Shown here in pieces: positions 1 through 8,763 of a DNA stretch of 64,000 nucleotides. Position numbers and translations under genes: made by a program. The stretch's first letter is position 1. Every line of letters begins with the position of its first letter. This stretch comes from a virus. Taxonomy: Duplodnaviria > Heunggongvirae > Uroviricota > Caudoviricetes. The notes under the pieces are model-generated. The model was not told the DNA's origin. It worked only from the letters and a program-made list of their open reading frames with translations, and ran no database searches. Location: IMG/VR virus record IMGVR_UViG_3300012286_000299, positions 109,277-173,276 of that record; one strand, written 5' to 3'.

Positions 1-46
1 TGAATATGGTCGTGTTGATTCTTCAAGTACTAAACTAACTAAATCT

Positions 47-1111
47 ATGTCACAATGGGGTTCTATCTACCGTGAAAAAACTAAAAAAGGTTACAAAGAT
101 ATAACTCATTTAGTTACTGAAAAGGTAGAAGATGATTCTACAGATGAAGTAGATGAAGTATTAGCAAAATTAGATGAAGCTAAAGTAAATGCTTTTCTAG
201 ATTTAATGCAAAAGTATACTGATGGGTTAGTTAAAAATACTTATTCGGTTACTTATAAAAGTGTAACAGTTGAGCAAGTTAAAAAAGCACAGGATATCTT
301 AAATGAATTCGATGACATTAATAAAAGCGATGAGAAGGCTGTAAACGAAAAGTTAATCGAGTTATACACTGTTATTCCCCGAAGAATGGGTAAGGTTGGT
401 GATTATTTATTACCAAGATTAGATTTAGATAAAGCCTTAGAAAAAGAACAAGATAACATTGACGCGATGTCTTCTAAAGTTCAAATGTACGAGCAAGAGA
501 AAGAAAACTCTAAACAAAATAAGGATAAAAAAGAGAAACCAAAACAAACAATGTTGGATGTTTTAGGATTATCTAAAATGGTTGAAACTAAATCTAATTC
601 TGATTTAAAGTACTTAATTGATCAAATTGGTGGTAGTAGAAGAGTTGAAGGTATATTTGAATTAGTTAAACCTGAAGAAGATAAATCATTTGATAAGTGG
701 ATGAGTGGGCAGAAAAATGTTCAAACACGAACTTTAATTCATGGAACTAGATGTTCATCAGTATTATCAATTCTTAAACAAGGTTTGAAAATCAGACCTT
801 CAGGTAACTTCCAATTTTCAGGTAAAGTATATGGGAATGGTAATTACTTCTCAGAAGTAGTACAAAAATCCTTAGGTTATACTGGATATGATAATGATAA
901 AATATTATTAGTATACGAAGTACATACAGGTAATCCATTTGTTTATGATGGTTGGTATAGAGGTAATTCATTTACTTTAGATTACAAAAACTTACAACAA
1001 CGTGGATTTGATTCAACTTACGTTAAAGCAGGTAATGGATTATTAAACAGTGAAATTATTGCCTATAAAGAGGAACAATGTAGAATTAAATATATAATTT
1101 GGTTAAAATAA
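47..1111 (+). CDS. PARP-family ADP-ribosyltransferase (helical regulatory domain + ART catalytic domain)
   Basis: LYTVIPRRMG...LLPRLDLDKA resembles the PARP helical regulatory domain (FYTLIPHDFG...PPLLNN). LIHGTRCSSVLSILKQGLKI matches the PARP LLWHGSRxxNxxGILSQGLRI signature. GKVYGNGNYFSE matches GKGIYFAD, LVYEVHTG matches LLGEVALG (H-Y-E triad), and the C-terminal KYIIWLK matches KYLLKLKF. Confidence 0.8.
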   Translation: MSQWGSIYREKTKKGYKDITHLVTEKVEDDSTDEVDEVLAKLDEAKVNAFLDLMQKYTDGLVKNTYSVTYKSVTVEQVKKAQDILNEFDDINKSDEKAVNEKLIELYTVIPRRMGKVGDYLLPRLDLDKALEKEQDNIDAMSSKVQMYEQEKENSKQNKDKKEKPKQTMLDVLGLSKMVETKSNSDLKYLIDQIGGSRRVEGIFELVKPEEDKSFDKWMSGQKNVQTRTLIHGTRCSSVLSILKQGLKIRPSGNFQFSGKVYGNGNYFSEVVQKSLGYTGYDNDKILLVYEVHTGNPFVYDGWYRGNSFTLDYKNLQQRGFDSTYVKAGNGLLNSEIIAYKEEQCRIKYIIWLK

Positions 1112-1139
1112 TAAGAACTTAATAAAAACTATAAGTAAT

Positions 1140-1712
1140 ATGAAAACAAGTAAGATTAACAAAGTGTTTAAAGTAGCAAAAGGTTTGTGTAAAGCAAATA
1201 ACACAGTAACTACTCTAGAAATTAAAAATGAATTGAGAAAAAAATACTCAAAAAGAAATTGGAGACAAGATGAAATTTCTCAAGTTATGGCTGATTTCTA
1301 TTTAGAGGGTAAATTTGATTACTTAGATAATGGTACATTCAGAGTGTATTCATTAGCAGGCACTAACCCAACATCAGCTCCAGCTACACAATCTACTGTA
1401 GTAAATAAAGTTGCAAAAGTAAAAGCACCAAAAGCTCCATTAACTACACAAAGAATTTCACGTACTAAAGCTTTGGATGTTATTCAAAACTCAAATGGTA
1501 AATTCTTCACAGTAACTTTCATTAAAAAAGATGGTTCACAACGTGTAATGAATGGTCAACATACATCAGATATGGGAGTAAGTCCATTAGGTTATATTTT
1601 AGTAAAAGATATGACAGCGGTACGTAAAAAAGAAACTTCAACTGTTAAAAGTGTAAATTTACAAACTATCGAAAGCATTAAATTAAATAATGTGTTGTTT
1701 AAAGTAGATTAA
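1140..1712 (+). CDS. hypothetical protein with a Lys/Ala/Pro-rich linker (possible nucleic-acid binding)
   Basis: ORF followed by a terminator hairpin; KVAKVKAPKAPL linker; no catalytic motif recognised. Confidence 0.55.
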   Translation: MKTSKINKVFKVAKGLCKANNTVTTLEIKNELRKKYSKRNWRQDEISQVMADFYLEGKFDYLDNGTFRVYSLAGTNPTSAPATQSTVVNKVAKVKAPKAPLTTQRISRTKALDVIQNSNGKFFTVTFIKKDGSQRVMNGQHTSDMGVSPLGYILVKDMTAVRKKETSTVKSVNLQTIESIKLNNVLFKVD

Positions 1713-1732
1713 ATTTTAAAAATTATTCAAAG

Positions 1733-1759
1733 AGAGCTTGCTTACGCAAGCTCTTTTTC
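1733..1759 (+). terminator. rho-independent terminator hairpin (agagcttgc-ttac-gcaagctct + T5) fused to the next promoter box
   Basis: 9-bp perfect stem with a 4-nt loop and a T-run that runs into TTCGTATATTTAA. Confidence 0.6.
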
Positions 1760-1769
1760 GTATATTTAA
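1757..1769 (+). promoter_or_regulatory. conserved promoter-like box TTCGTATATTTAA (representative of >30 copies)
   Basis: Same 13-mer, with minor variants, lies 20-45 bp upstream of many start codons across the window. Confidence 0.5.
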
Positions 1770-1793
1770 GTATATTAATTTAAAATAAAGGTT

Positions 1794-2054
1794 ATGAAGT
1801 TTTTAAGATTTCTTTTTGGAGTTCTGATAATGCCTGTAATAGGTTGTTTAGAAATTTTTCTAGCAATAATGTTTCTATGTTGGGCATTTAGTGGATTTGG
1901 GTTAATTATGATAGCTATAGATTATACTGATCATAATCATCATTTTACTTGGGTAGGGTATAGTTTAATGGTTTTAGATGCTATAATATTAATACTGTTT
2001 CTATATGAGCATGTAACAAATGTTTACGAAAAAGTTTATAAAAATCAAAATTAA
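1794..2054 (+). CDS. small hydrophobic membrane protein
   Basis: Two or three predicted TM stretches; promoter box upstream; AAAGGTTATG start context. Confidence 0.55.
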   Translation: MKFLRFLFGVLIMPVIGCLEIFLAIMFLCWAFSGFGLIMIAIDYTDHNHHFTWVGYSLMVLDAIILILFLYEHVTNVYEKVYKNQN

Positions 2055-2059
2055 AAGTT

Positions 2060-2413
2060 ATGTTTAAAAAATTATTCGCTTACAAACCAACAGAGCAAGA
2101 ACAGCAGTTTATAGACATTGTTAAAGATTTATTAAATCATCCTGACACTGTAGTGAGAATGTCTTTTTATTCAAGAAAGTACTTTTTGACTAACGAGAAA
2201 AAGCATTACTATATGATGCTACAATGGCCAAATGTACAAGTAACTAATACTAAGTTTTCATTTTGTAAATCAATGCATCCAAAAGCATATGATATAATTT
2301 TAAAATTAGTACATGATTATATTGAAAAAGATCGTCAAGCGTTAGAAGATCATATTTTTGCAAACGAAAATAAAATGCTTGAACAAGTAAGAACTAAATT
2401 ACAATTAGCATAA
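2060..2413 (+). CDS. hypothetical protein
   Basis: ORF in a tightly packed operon. Confidence 0.55.
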   Translation: MFKKLFAYKPTEQEQQFIDIVKDLLNHPDTVVRMSFYSRKYFLTNEKKHYYMMLQWPNVQVTNTKFSFCKSMHPKAYDIILKLVHDYIEKDRQALEDHIFANENKMLEQVRTKLQLA

Positions 2414-2652
2414 TGTATACAAAAAATATTTACATAGAAGGATTTTTAACTCGTAATGGGTTTAAAAAAATGAATGAAAATGATTTTGCTAATATGAAAT
2501 GTGTTGTAAAAGTTTTTCCCAAATATTATGAAATAGTATTTAATGATGATGAATTTGGGGAAATGACAATGTATACTGATAATATTTCAATACCTCAATT
2601 AGTAGGTATTTTAACTTGGCACGGTTTAATTGATAAAGATTACAATAAATAA
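2413..2652 (+). CDS. hypothetical protein
   Basis: Start/stop overlap (TAATG) with neighbours. Confidence 0.5.
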   Translation: MYTKNIYIEGFLTRNGFKKMNENDFANMKCVVKVFPKYYEIVFNDDEFGEMTMYTDNISIPQLVGILTWHGLIDKDYNK

Positions 2653-2927
2653 TGAGAGTAAAACATAGTAAATTTAAAGATTGTGAATTTGTCGTTAGTG
2701 TTGATACTGATGGTAAAAGTTTTACATTAGTAAAAGATCCTTATCCGGCTTATGATGTTAAACCTGATTACTACATTTATTGGAGAAATATAGGAGAAGA
2801 TATTAGAACAGCAGGAAGAACATTATTACGTACTCCTTCAGGACGTAAAGTATCACAAAGTAGAGCTACTAAAATATTACATAATATGATAGCAGCATCA
2901 AAACAACTAACATTTAGCAAATTATAA
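2652..2927 (+). CDS. hypothetical protein
   Basis: ATGA overlap coupling with neighbours. Confidence 0.5.
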   Translation: MRVKHSKFKDCEFVVSVDTDGKSFTLVKDPYPAYDVKPDYYIYWRNIGEDIRTAGRTLLRTPSGRKVSQSRATKILHNMIAASKQLTFSKL

Positions 2928-3160
2928 TGGCAGCACTATCAGACAACAAATACGATGTATTTAATTGGATTATAAAAGTTTATGATTCATGTGAGAATGT
3001 ATCTCAAATAATAACAACAGAAAAATTAATTCGAAACTTTTATAAAATGTACGACGATTATACTTTGTATGATAAGTTACAGGACTATTATTTCGAAGTA
3101 TCAGAAAGACTACAACAAAAAGTAGATAAAAAGACTAGAAAACAAATACTAAAAGGATAA
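2927..3160 (+). CDS. hypothetical protein
   Basis: ATGA overlap coupling. Confidence 0.5.
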   Translation: MAALSDNKYDVFNWIIKVYDSCENVSQIITTEKLIRNFYKMYDDYTLYDKLQDYYFEVSERLQQKVDKKTRKQILKG

Positions 3161-3163
3161 ATT

Positions 3164-3565
3164 ATGACATTTATACAGAAATACGTAGACTTTATCTTAG
3201 ATAACATCATACAGGATAATATAAGAGTTCAGCTTTACAAACCTTTTGAAGATGGTTCAAGAATGATTACAAAGATAGGACCTACAGTACATTGTAAAGT
3301 AAAGATTGAAGTAATTGAAAAGTATACACGATCTGCTAAACTAAAACTGACCTTTGATAAATACGAAATCGAAGAACTATTCTTCATACCTTTCAGCTCA
3401 AGTCCAGAATCAATTGAAGGTAAGACACGAACTAAAATTGAAAAGATCGTAAATCAAACTTTCATTGACGATAACAGAACTGAGGATATAAAGCAGATGT
3501 ACGAACAACAACACAAGTTATTAGGAGAAGCACTATCAAAAATAGTAGGTAAGAAAAAAATATGA
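3164..3565 (+). CDS. hypothetical protein
   Basis: ORF; overlaps the next ORF by 4 nt. Confidence 0.55.
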   Translation: MTFIQKYVDFILDNIIQDNIRVQLYKPFEDGSRMITKIGPTVHCKVKIEVIEKYTRSAKLKLTFDKYEIEELFFIPFSSSPESIEGKTRTKIEKIVNQTFIDDNRTEDIKQMYEQQHKLLGEALSKIVGKKKI

Positions 3566-3912
3566 AGCTAGATAAACAACTCACAACATTAAATCAAGTT
3601 GCTGGTGCTATGTTTTTAGCCAACTCTAGATTTAAAACACAAGCCCATATATCTTCTCAAATGCTAAATCCTGAATGCAATGTAGATCATGAGGAAAGAG
3701 TTAGATATGAAATAATACAAAATCTATCAAAGCATGCAGTTGATACTTTCTCCAAAGAAATTAAAAAACAACAAGTACATGATGGAGAAGTACATTCACT
3801 TGAATTATTTATATTTCCAACTGAAGCATTAAAACTAGCAGTAGAGTACATTATTTCAGAAATGCCACAATCAGAAATAGACAGAATAAGAACAACACCA
3901 ATTTTTATTTAA
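3562..3912 (+). CDS. hypothetical protein
   Basis: ORF; followed by a promoter box at 3959. Confidence 0.5.
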   Translation: MKLDKQLTTLNQVAGAMFLANSRFKTQAHISSQMLNPECNVDHEERVRYEIIQNLSKHAVDTFSKEIKKQQVHDGEVHSLELFIFPTEALKLAVEYIISEMPQSEIDRIRTTPIFI

Positions 3913-3958
3913 GATTAAGTAAAATAAAATGGAAAAAGTTTGCTTATTTAGATTTTTC

Positions 3959-3971
3959 TTCGTATATTTAA
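3959..3971 (+). promoter_or_regulatory. promoter-like box TTCGTATATTTAA
   Basis: Motif 32 bp upstream of the ATG at 4003. Confidence 0.5.
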
Positions 3972-4002
3972 GTATTATAAATTTAAAAAATAAATAAAAA
4001 TT

Positions 4003-4953
4003 ATGAAAAACATACACATAATACCAACTACAAAGTCAAATAAGTTGTATAAAAATCTATTAACAGATAAATTATTTATTTTAGAAAATTCATTTATGGA
4101 TGTTTCTGAATGTAATAGAGAATATCAAAACATCTACATCACTTCTGATGAAGAAATTAAAGAAGGAGATTATGGATTAATAGTAAATGAAGTATTATCA
4201 TATAGTCAAATGCACAAAAAATGGGGTATACCACAAGGTAAAAAAATCATTCTAACAACAGACCAAGACTTAATCAAAGATGGTGTACAACCTATTGATG
4301 ATGAGTTTTTAGAATGGTTTGTTAATAATCCAAGTTGTGAAAGTGTTGAGATTGAAGAATTATGTGGTGGATGTGGCAGTAATGATGGGGACTGTTGGAG
4401 AAGTAAAGAGTGTAATAAAGGGTATTATAAAAATAAATACAAAATAATCATTTCAAAAAAAGAACCTAAACAAGACATAAACACTTGTAAAAACTTTGAT
4501 AGAGAAATTGGTTGTGATTTAGCAGATTGTCTTTGTGAAAAAGAAGAACCTACTCAAGAACTAGCTAAAACAGAAATTGATTGGTCAGGTTTTCCAAAAT
4601 CAACACAAGAACAAGTTGGTTTTACTGAACCAAATATCATTGATGAATGGTTAGATAAAAATGGTAGTCCAGAAATTGCTAAACAAGTTGATGAAGAAGC
4701 AAAAGAGTTATGTGAACAAGAAACACTTGAAGAAGCTTTGGAAAGATTATCTTTAACAGATACTAAAAAATTAAGTATATTTTTAGATGGAATGAGGTAT
4801 CAACAAGAAAGAAGTTATAGTGAGGAAGAAGTTAAAATAATGTACAGAAGTTTATGGACTCCGAAGGATTTTGGGTTTTATAGTTCTTATGAAATGGAAA
4901 GTAATTTTGAAGACGATTTTAATTTATGGTTTGAACAATTTAAAAAGAAATAA
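4003..4953 (+). CDS. Cys-rich hypothetical protein; paralog of 5706-6194
   Basis: N-terminal ~60 aa and the EEPTQELxKTEIDWSG segment are near-identical to ORF 5706; CGGCGSNDGDCWRSKEC cluster. Confidence 0.6.
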   Translation: MKNIHIIPTTKSNKLYKNLLTDKLFILENSFMDVSECNREYQNIYITSDEEIKEGDYGLIVNEVLSYSQMHKKWGIPQGKKIILTTDQDLIKDGVQPIDDEFLEWFVNNPSCESVEIEELCGGCGSNDGDCWRSKECNKGYYKNKYKIIISKKEPKQDINTCKNFDREIGCDLADCLCEKEEPTQELAKTEIDWSGFPKSTQEQVGFTEPNIIDEWLDKNGSPEIAKQVDEEAKELCEQETLEEALERLSLTDTKKLSIFLDGMRYQQERSYSEEEVKIMYRSLWTPKDFGFYSSYEMESNFEDDFNLWFEQFKKK

Positions 4954-4955
4954 GA

Positions 4956-5191
4956 TGAAACAAACAGCAGTAGAATATTTAGAAAAAGAATTTAATACGT
5001 ATGGAACATTATTAAATGCTGATTTTATAAACGCAAAAGCAATGGAAAAGCAACAACAAGGCTATAGTGAAAATGAAGTTGAATTAATTGCTAATGAAAT
5101 GGTAAATTGGGCTATTGATAATATTGGTAATCCAAACCCTCAAAGTGGTAAAAAGTTTGATGAAGTTTTGGCTAAATATAAAAACAAATAA
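4956..5191 (+). CDS. hypothetical protein
   Basis: Internal ATG directly after the stop of 4003-4953 preferred over the overlapping longer start at 4871. Confidence 0.45.
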
Positions 5192-5196
5192 AAATT

Positions 5197-5547
5197 ATGA
5201 AAACAGAAATTGCAGAATTAGAAATTAACCAACTAAAATCAGAAGGATTAAATTTTGATTATGAGTTTACACAAAAAAATTATCTTAATTACTTAAACTT
5301 GTGTATTGAAAAAGAAGGTTATGATATAAAAACAATTATATCAAAATTAAAACAAAATGAGAAAATTATTTTTTCACTTAATTTAGGTGATAACTTCAAT
5401 GGTTCAAAAGACCAAAAAAAAGGTAGCATTTATTGGAAACACCCACAATATGGTTTGTGCATTAGAGTTCAGTCAAGTGAAAAAAGTTTACAAGAATGGT
5501 CTTATGAATTAGAAAAAACATTTTCCTTAACTCCTTCTAACATATAA
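5197..5547 (+). CDS. hypothetical protein
   Basis: ORF. Confidence 0.5.
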   Translation: MKTEIAELEINQLKSEGLNFDYEFTQKNYLNYLNLCIEKEGYDIKTIISKLKQNEKIIFSLNLGDNFNGSKDQKKGSIYWKHPQYGLCIRVQSSEKSLQEWSYELEKTFSLTPSNI

Positions 5548-5705
5548 AAACAAATAAAATGAATAAACAAAATTTTTTTTTATCCTAAGAAAAATAATTG
5601 GGATATTGGGTGGCCTTGCTCTCCAAGATTTTTTAGTCTTTTAGTTTTAGGTATGACAGTGGTGATTTTAATATTAACTAATAACTTTTAAAAATAAATA
5701 AGATT

Positions 5706-6194
5706 ATGAAAAACATACACATATTATCAACAGATAAACCAAGTAGGTTGTATAGAAATCTATTAACAGACAAATTATTCATTTTAGAAAATTCAGTTAT
5801 GGATGTTTCTGAATGTAATAGAGAATACCAAAACATCTACATCACTAATGATGAAGAAATTAAAGATGGTGATTGGTTTTTAACTCCGATGAATGATTTA
5901 GAATATGCAAATAAGGAATGGATAATTACTATTTCAAAATTTATACCTAAAACTAATTTTAAAAAAATCATCCTAACAACAGACCAAGATTTAGATGGAA
6001 TACAAGCTATTGATTATGAGTTTTTAGAATGGTTTTGTAAAAATAGTAGTTGTGAGTTTGTTGAGGTTCAAAAAGGATTTGCTGATGGAAGTAATTATGG
6101 TTATAACTTTCTTGATTACAAAATAATCATTACAAAAGAAGAACCTACTCAAGAACTTCCTAAAACAGAAATTGATTGGTCAGGACAAAACTAG
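5706..6194 (+). CDS. truncated paralog of the 4003 ORF (N-terminal domain + EEPTQEL...EIDWSG)
   Basis: High identity to ORF 4003 at both ends but lacks the central Cys-rich region; reading frame stops just before a NUMOD-like relic. Confidence 0.5.
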   Translation: MKNIHILSTDKPSRLYRNLLTDKLFILENSVMDVSECNREYQNIYITNDEEIKDGDWFLTPMNDLEYANKEWIITISKFIPKTNFKKIILTTDQDLDGIQAIDYEFLEWFCKNSSCEFVEVQKGFADGSNYGYNFLDYKIIITKEEPTQELPKTEIDWSGQN

Positions 6195-6295
6195 CAGCTG
6201 TACACTTAGGATGTGATCCATCAACAATTACAGCTAATTTAAGAGGAATAACAAAAAAAGGATTCGGTTATATATGGAAAAGAAAAACAACATAG
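6176..6295 (+). pseudogene. out-of-frame relic of a homing-endonuclease NUMOD/IENR-type DNA-binding tail (LAAVHLGCDPSTITANLRGITKKGFGYIWKRK)
   Basis: Open frame without an ATG, shifted one nucleotide from the upstream ORF and overlapping the thyA start; the sequence resembles the C-terminal AARxLGxxxSxIxxxLxGxxKxAxGFxWKY motif of GIY-YIG/HNH homing endonucleases. Confidence 0.4.
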
Positions 6296-7509
6296 ATTCT
6301 CAGTATATTAAGCTACTAGAGGATATTTTAGAAAATGGTATTAAAAAACAAACAAGAAATGGTGAAACTATTTCAGTATTCGGAAGACAAATACGTCACG
6401 ATATGAAAGACGGTTTTCCGTTGCTTACAACCAAGAAAATGCCGTTCAAAACAATCGTAACAGAACTTCTTTGGTTCTTACGAGGTGATACCAATATTAA
6501 GTATTTGGTTGATAATAATTGTCATATTTGGGATGGTGATGCTTATAAGAATTATATAAATACCGCACCACCTACATTAGATGGGAAGTATTTATCACAA
6601 CCAGAATTTATTCATTGGATAAAAACAGATGATGAGTTTGCTAAGAAGTGGGGTGAGTTAGGTCCAATTTACGGTAAGCAATGGAGAGATATTCCTGTAA
6701 TAAAAGATGGAGATGTAGAAGGTCATAAGATATTAAGTAGTATAGACCAAATCCAAAACCTAATCAACGACCTTAAAACAAATCCAGACTCAAGACGATT
6801 AATGGTTAATGCTTGGAATGTTGGAGAATTAGACCAAATGGTTCTTCCACCTTGTCATTATGGATTTCAAGTTTATACTAGAGAGTTGACTAAACAGGAA
6901 CGTTGGATGGCTTATTGTAATAAATGTAATGAATTAAAAACAGAATCAATTATAGGTTCTACCGATGATAAAGTAATGGAAAGTTATTATCAAGAATATA
7001 ACATACCAACACGAGCAATCTCTTTAATGTGGAATCAACGTTCAGTGGATACATTCTTAGGTTTACCATTTAATATTGCTTCTTATGGATTGTTGTTGGA
7101 AATCATTGCTGAAATCGTTAACATGGTTCCTGACCAATTGATTGGTAATCTTGGTGATACACACTTGTATTCAAATCATATTGAACAAGCAAAAGAACAG
7201 ATTGGAAGAGAGCTTAATGAAGATGAGAGATATGAATTAGTAACCCAGCAAATGAGTAAACTAAGAGCGATCAGAGATGAAGATTACATTAATTACAATA
7301 TTCCAACTAGAACAAGACAACCTTATTCTTTACCTAAAGTAAGAATCAATACTGAATTCTGGAACCCTGGTACAGAAGATGGATGTGGAATGGGACCAGG
7401 AACTTATACAAAAGATATAGGTGCTCTTGTAGAAGGAATGGAAGTAAATGATTTTCAAATTGAGGATTATCAATCACATCCAACAATCAAAGCACCCTTA
7501 TCAAATTAA
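6274..7509 (+). CDS. thyA: thymidylate synthase family protein (ThyA fold with two large insertions; dUMP hydroxymethylase not excluded)
   Basis: DGFPLLTTKK, ELLWFLRGDTNI, GELGPIYGKQWR, LPPCHYGFQVY (catalytic Cys), RSVDTFLGLPFNIASY (dUMP-specific Asn retained), DTHLY. Insertions of ~45 and ~60 aa relative to E. coli ThyA. Confidence 0.85.
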   Translation: MEKKNNIDSQYIKLLEDILENGIKKQTRNGETISVFGRQIRHDMKDGFPLLTTKKMPFKTIVTELLWFLRGDTNIKYLVDNNCHIWDGDAYKNYINTAPPTLDGKYLSQPEFIHWIKTDDEFAKKWGELGPIYGKQWRDIPVIKDGDVEGHKILSSIDQIQNLINDLKTNPDSRRLMVNAWNVGELDQMVLPPCHYGFQVYTRELTKQERWMAYCNKCNELKTESIIGSTDDKVMESYYQEYNIPTRAISLMWNQRSVDTFLGLPFNIASYGLLLEIIAEIVNMVPDQLIGNLGDTHLYSNHIEQAKEQIGRELNEDERYELVTQQMSKLRAIRDEDYINYNIPTRTRQPYSLPKVRINTEFWNPGTEDGCGMGPGTYTKDIGALVEGMEVNDFQIEDYQSHPTIKAPLSN

Positions 7510-7513
7510 AAAT

Positions 7514-7735
7514 ATGACACGAACTGAAATACACCCAAACACTTTTATATTTAGTGAAATACATGAATTAGAACCAGTTTCTTTAGAAATGGTGGTTGTG
7601 GATAAACAAGATGTTGTGTTATTTGACCATAAACAAGCAGCAGAACAGTTTTTAAATACTTTCCATGAAAAAGTTTGTGATTATTTTTTAATAGAACTAG
7701 TTGAAATAATTCAACAAACTAGATTAAATAAGTAA
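7514..7735 (+). CDS. hypothetical protein
   Basis: Internal ATG just after the thyA stop preferred over the overlapping start at 7448. Confidence 0.45.
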   Translation: MTRTEIHPNTFIFSEIHELEPVSLEMVVVDKQDVVLFDHKQAAEQFLNTFHEKVCDYFLIELVEIIQQTRLNK

Positions 7736-7740
7736 TTAAT

Positions 7741-8079
7741 ATGAATTTTATAATAGGGTTTTTATTAGGTTTATTGGCACAAGTATTAACTTTTATACAA
7801 TTACAAGGTCAATTCAAGTTTACTTGGATGAGAGAAAATCCATTTTTTGTAGCATTATTAGGATTACCCATTTCTTATTTATTAATTAAATCTGTTAATA
7901 GATTAGTAATACACTTTGATGGTCAATTATGGCCATCAAGGTTAATGGGTTTTTCAATAGGAGCAATAGTTTTTACTTTAATGTCACGTTGGTTATTTAA
8001 TGAACCCTTTACTTTAAAAACTGTTGTTTGTTTAACATTAGCATTTTGCATATTAATGATTCAATTATTTTGGAAATGA
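7741..8079 (+). CDS. membrane protein
   Basis: Several hydrophobic helices. Confidence 0.55.
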   Translation: MNFIIGFLLGLLAQVLTFIQLQGQFKFTWMRENPFFVALLGLPISYLLIKSVNRLVIHFDGQLWPSRLMGFSIGAIVFTLMSRWLFNEPFTLKTVVCLTLAFCILMIQLFWK

Positions 8080-8378
8080 AAAATTTAGAAACATGTCACC
8101 ATTGTGGTGAAGAAAAAGAAAACTGTTATCATGGATTTATAGCAATGACTCTTCCAATTCCTGAAGCAGAAGCTAAAAAGGAAAAATGGGGAGGGAAAGA
8201 ATGGTGGAAAAATTTAGAAAGAACAGATCTTACTAAAGAAGAGATGGAAGAGTTAGATGGACTTTGTACGTATGACCAACTACTAAATACAGTTGGAAGA
8301 GGAGTGCAGTGTGATGATTGTGGAAAAAGAGAAGCAGAACTTTATGAAATATATTATCCAAAAAGTTTGGAATCTTAA
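8076..8378 (+). CDS. zinc-finger protein (CHHCG...CYHG...CDDCG)
   Basis: ATGA overlap with the previous ORF; paired CxxC motifs. Confidence 0.5.
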   Translation: MKNLETCHHCGEEKENCYHGFIAMTLPIPEAEAKKEKWGGKEWWKNLERTDLTKEEMEELDGLCTYDQLLNTVGRGVQCDDCGKREAELYEIYYPKSLES

Positions 8379-8413
8379 AATAAATTTTGTATATTAAATA
8401 AAAAATAAAAGTT

Positions 8414-8590
8414 ATGTTTGATACAATTTTAAAATGGTGGAACAGAAAGTGGAGTAATTGGGAACTTGATACTCCTGATTGTAAAGTATTTAATGATGAT
8501 TCATCAAAACGGCCTTGGCAGATCTACGATAGATTTAAACGTACATCTAATGATGGGTTAGTAGAGTATAAAAAAGTTATTAAATCATGA
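8414..8590 (+). CDS. small protein (58 aa)
   Basis: AAAGTTATG start context; stop overlaps the next start (ATGA). Confidence 0.4.
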   Translation: MFDTILKWWNRKWSNWELDTPDCKVFNDDSSKRPWQIYDRFKRTSNDGLVEYKKVIKS

Positions 8591-8763
8591 GACAAATAAA
8601 CGACCATATGAAAGACGTAGTAGGTATCGAACCCGTACAAAAACCACAACAACCACAACCTTCATTCAATCCTTTAAAATGGAATTGGACAGCAATTATT
8701 ACATGGGCAATAATGGGATTTATTGCTTTCAATATTTTTAAATACTTATTTAGTTTAATATGA
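8587..8763 (+). CDS. small membrane protein (58 aa)
   Basis: ATGA coupling; C-terminal TM helix. Confidence 0.4.
   Translation: MRQINDHMKDVVGIEPVQKPQQPQPSFNPLKWNWTAIITWAIMGFIAFNIFKYLFSLI

Noticed and set aside
4871-5191. Longer N-terminal extensions proposed by the ORF track (4871, 7448, 8028, 18243, 39858, 42810, 46768, 50429)
   Set aside because: Each extension overlaps the 3' end of the preceding gene in another frame. An internal ATG with the conserved AAAGGTTATG/AGTTATG context, or an ATGA/TAATG coupling, sits right after the upstream stop.
6274-7509. Group I intron inside thyA (as in T4 td)
   Set aside because: The ThyA reading frame is continuous across all conserved motifs. The extra length is in-frame protein insertions, not an interrupting non-coding segment.
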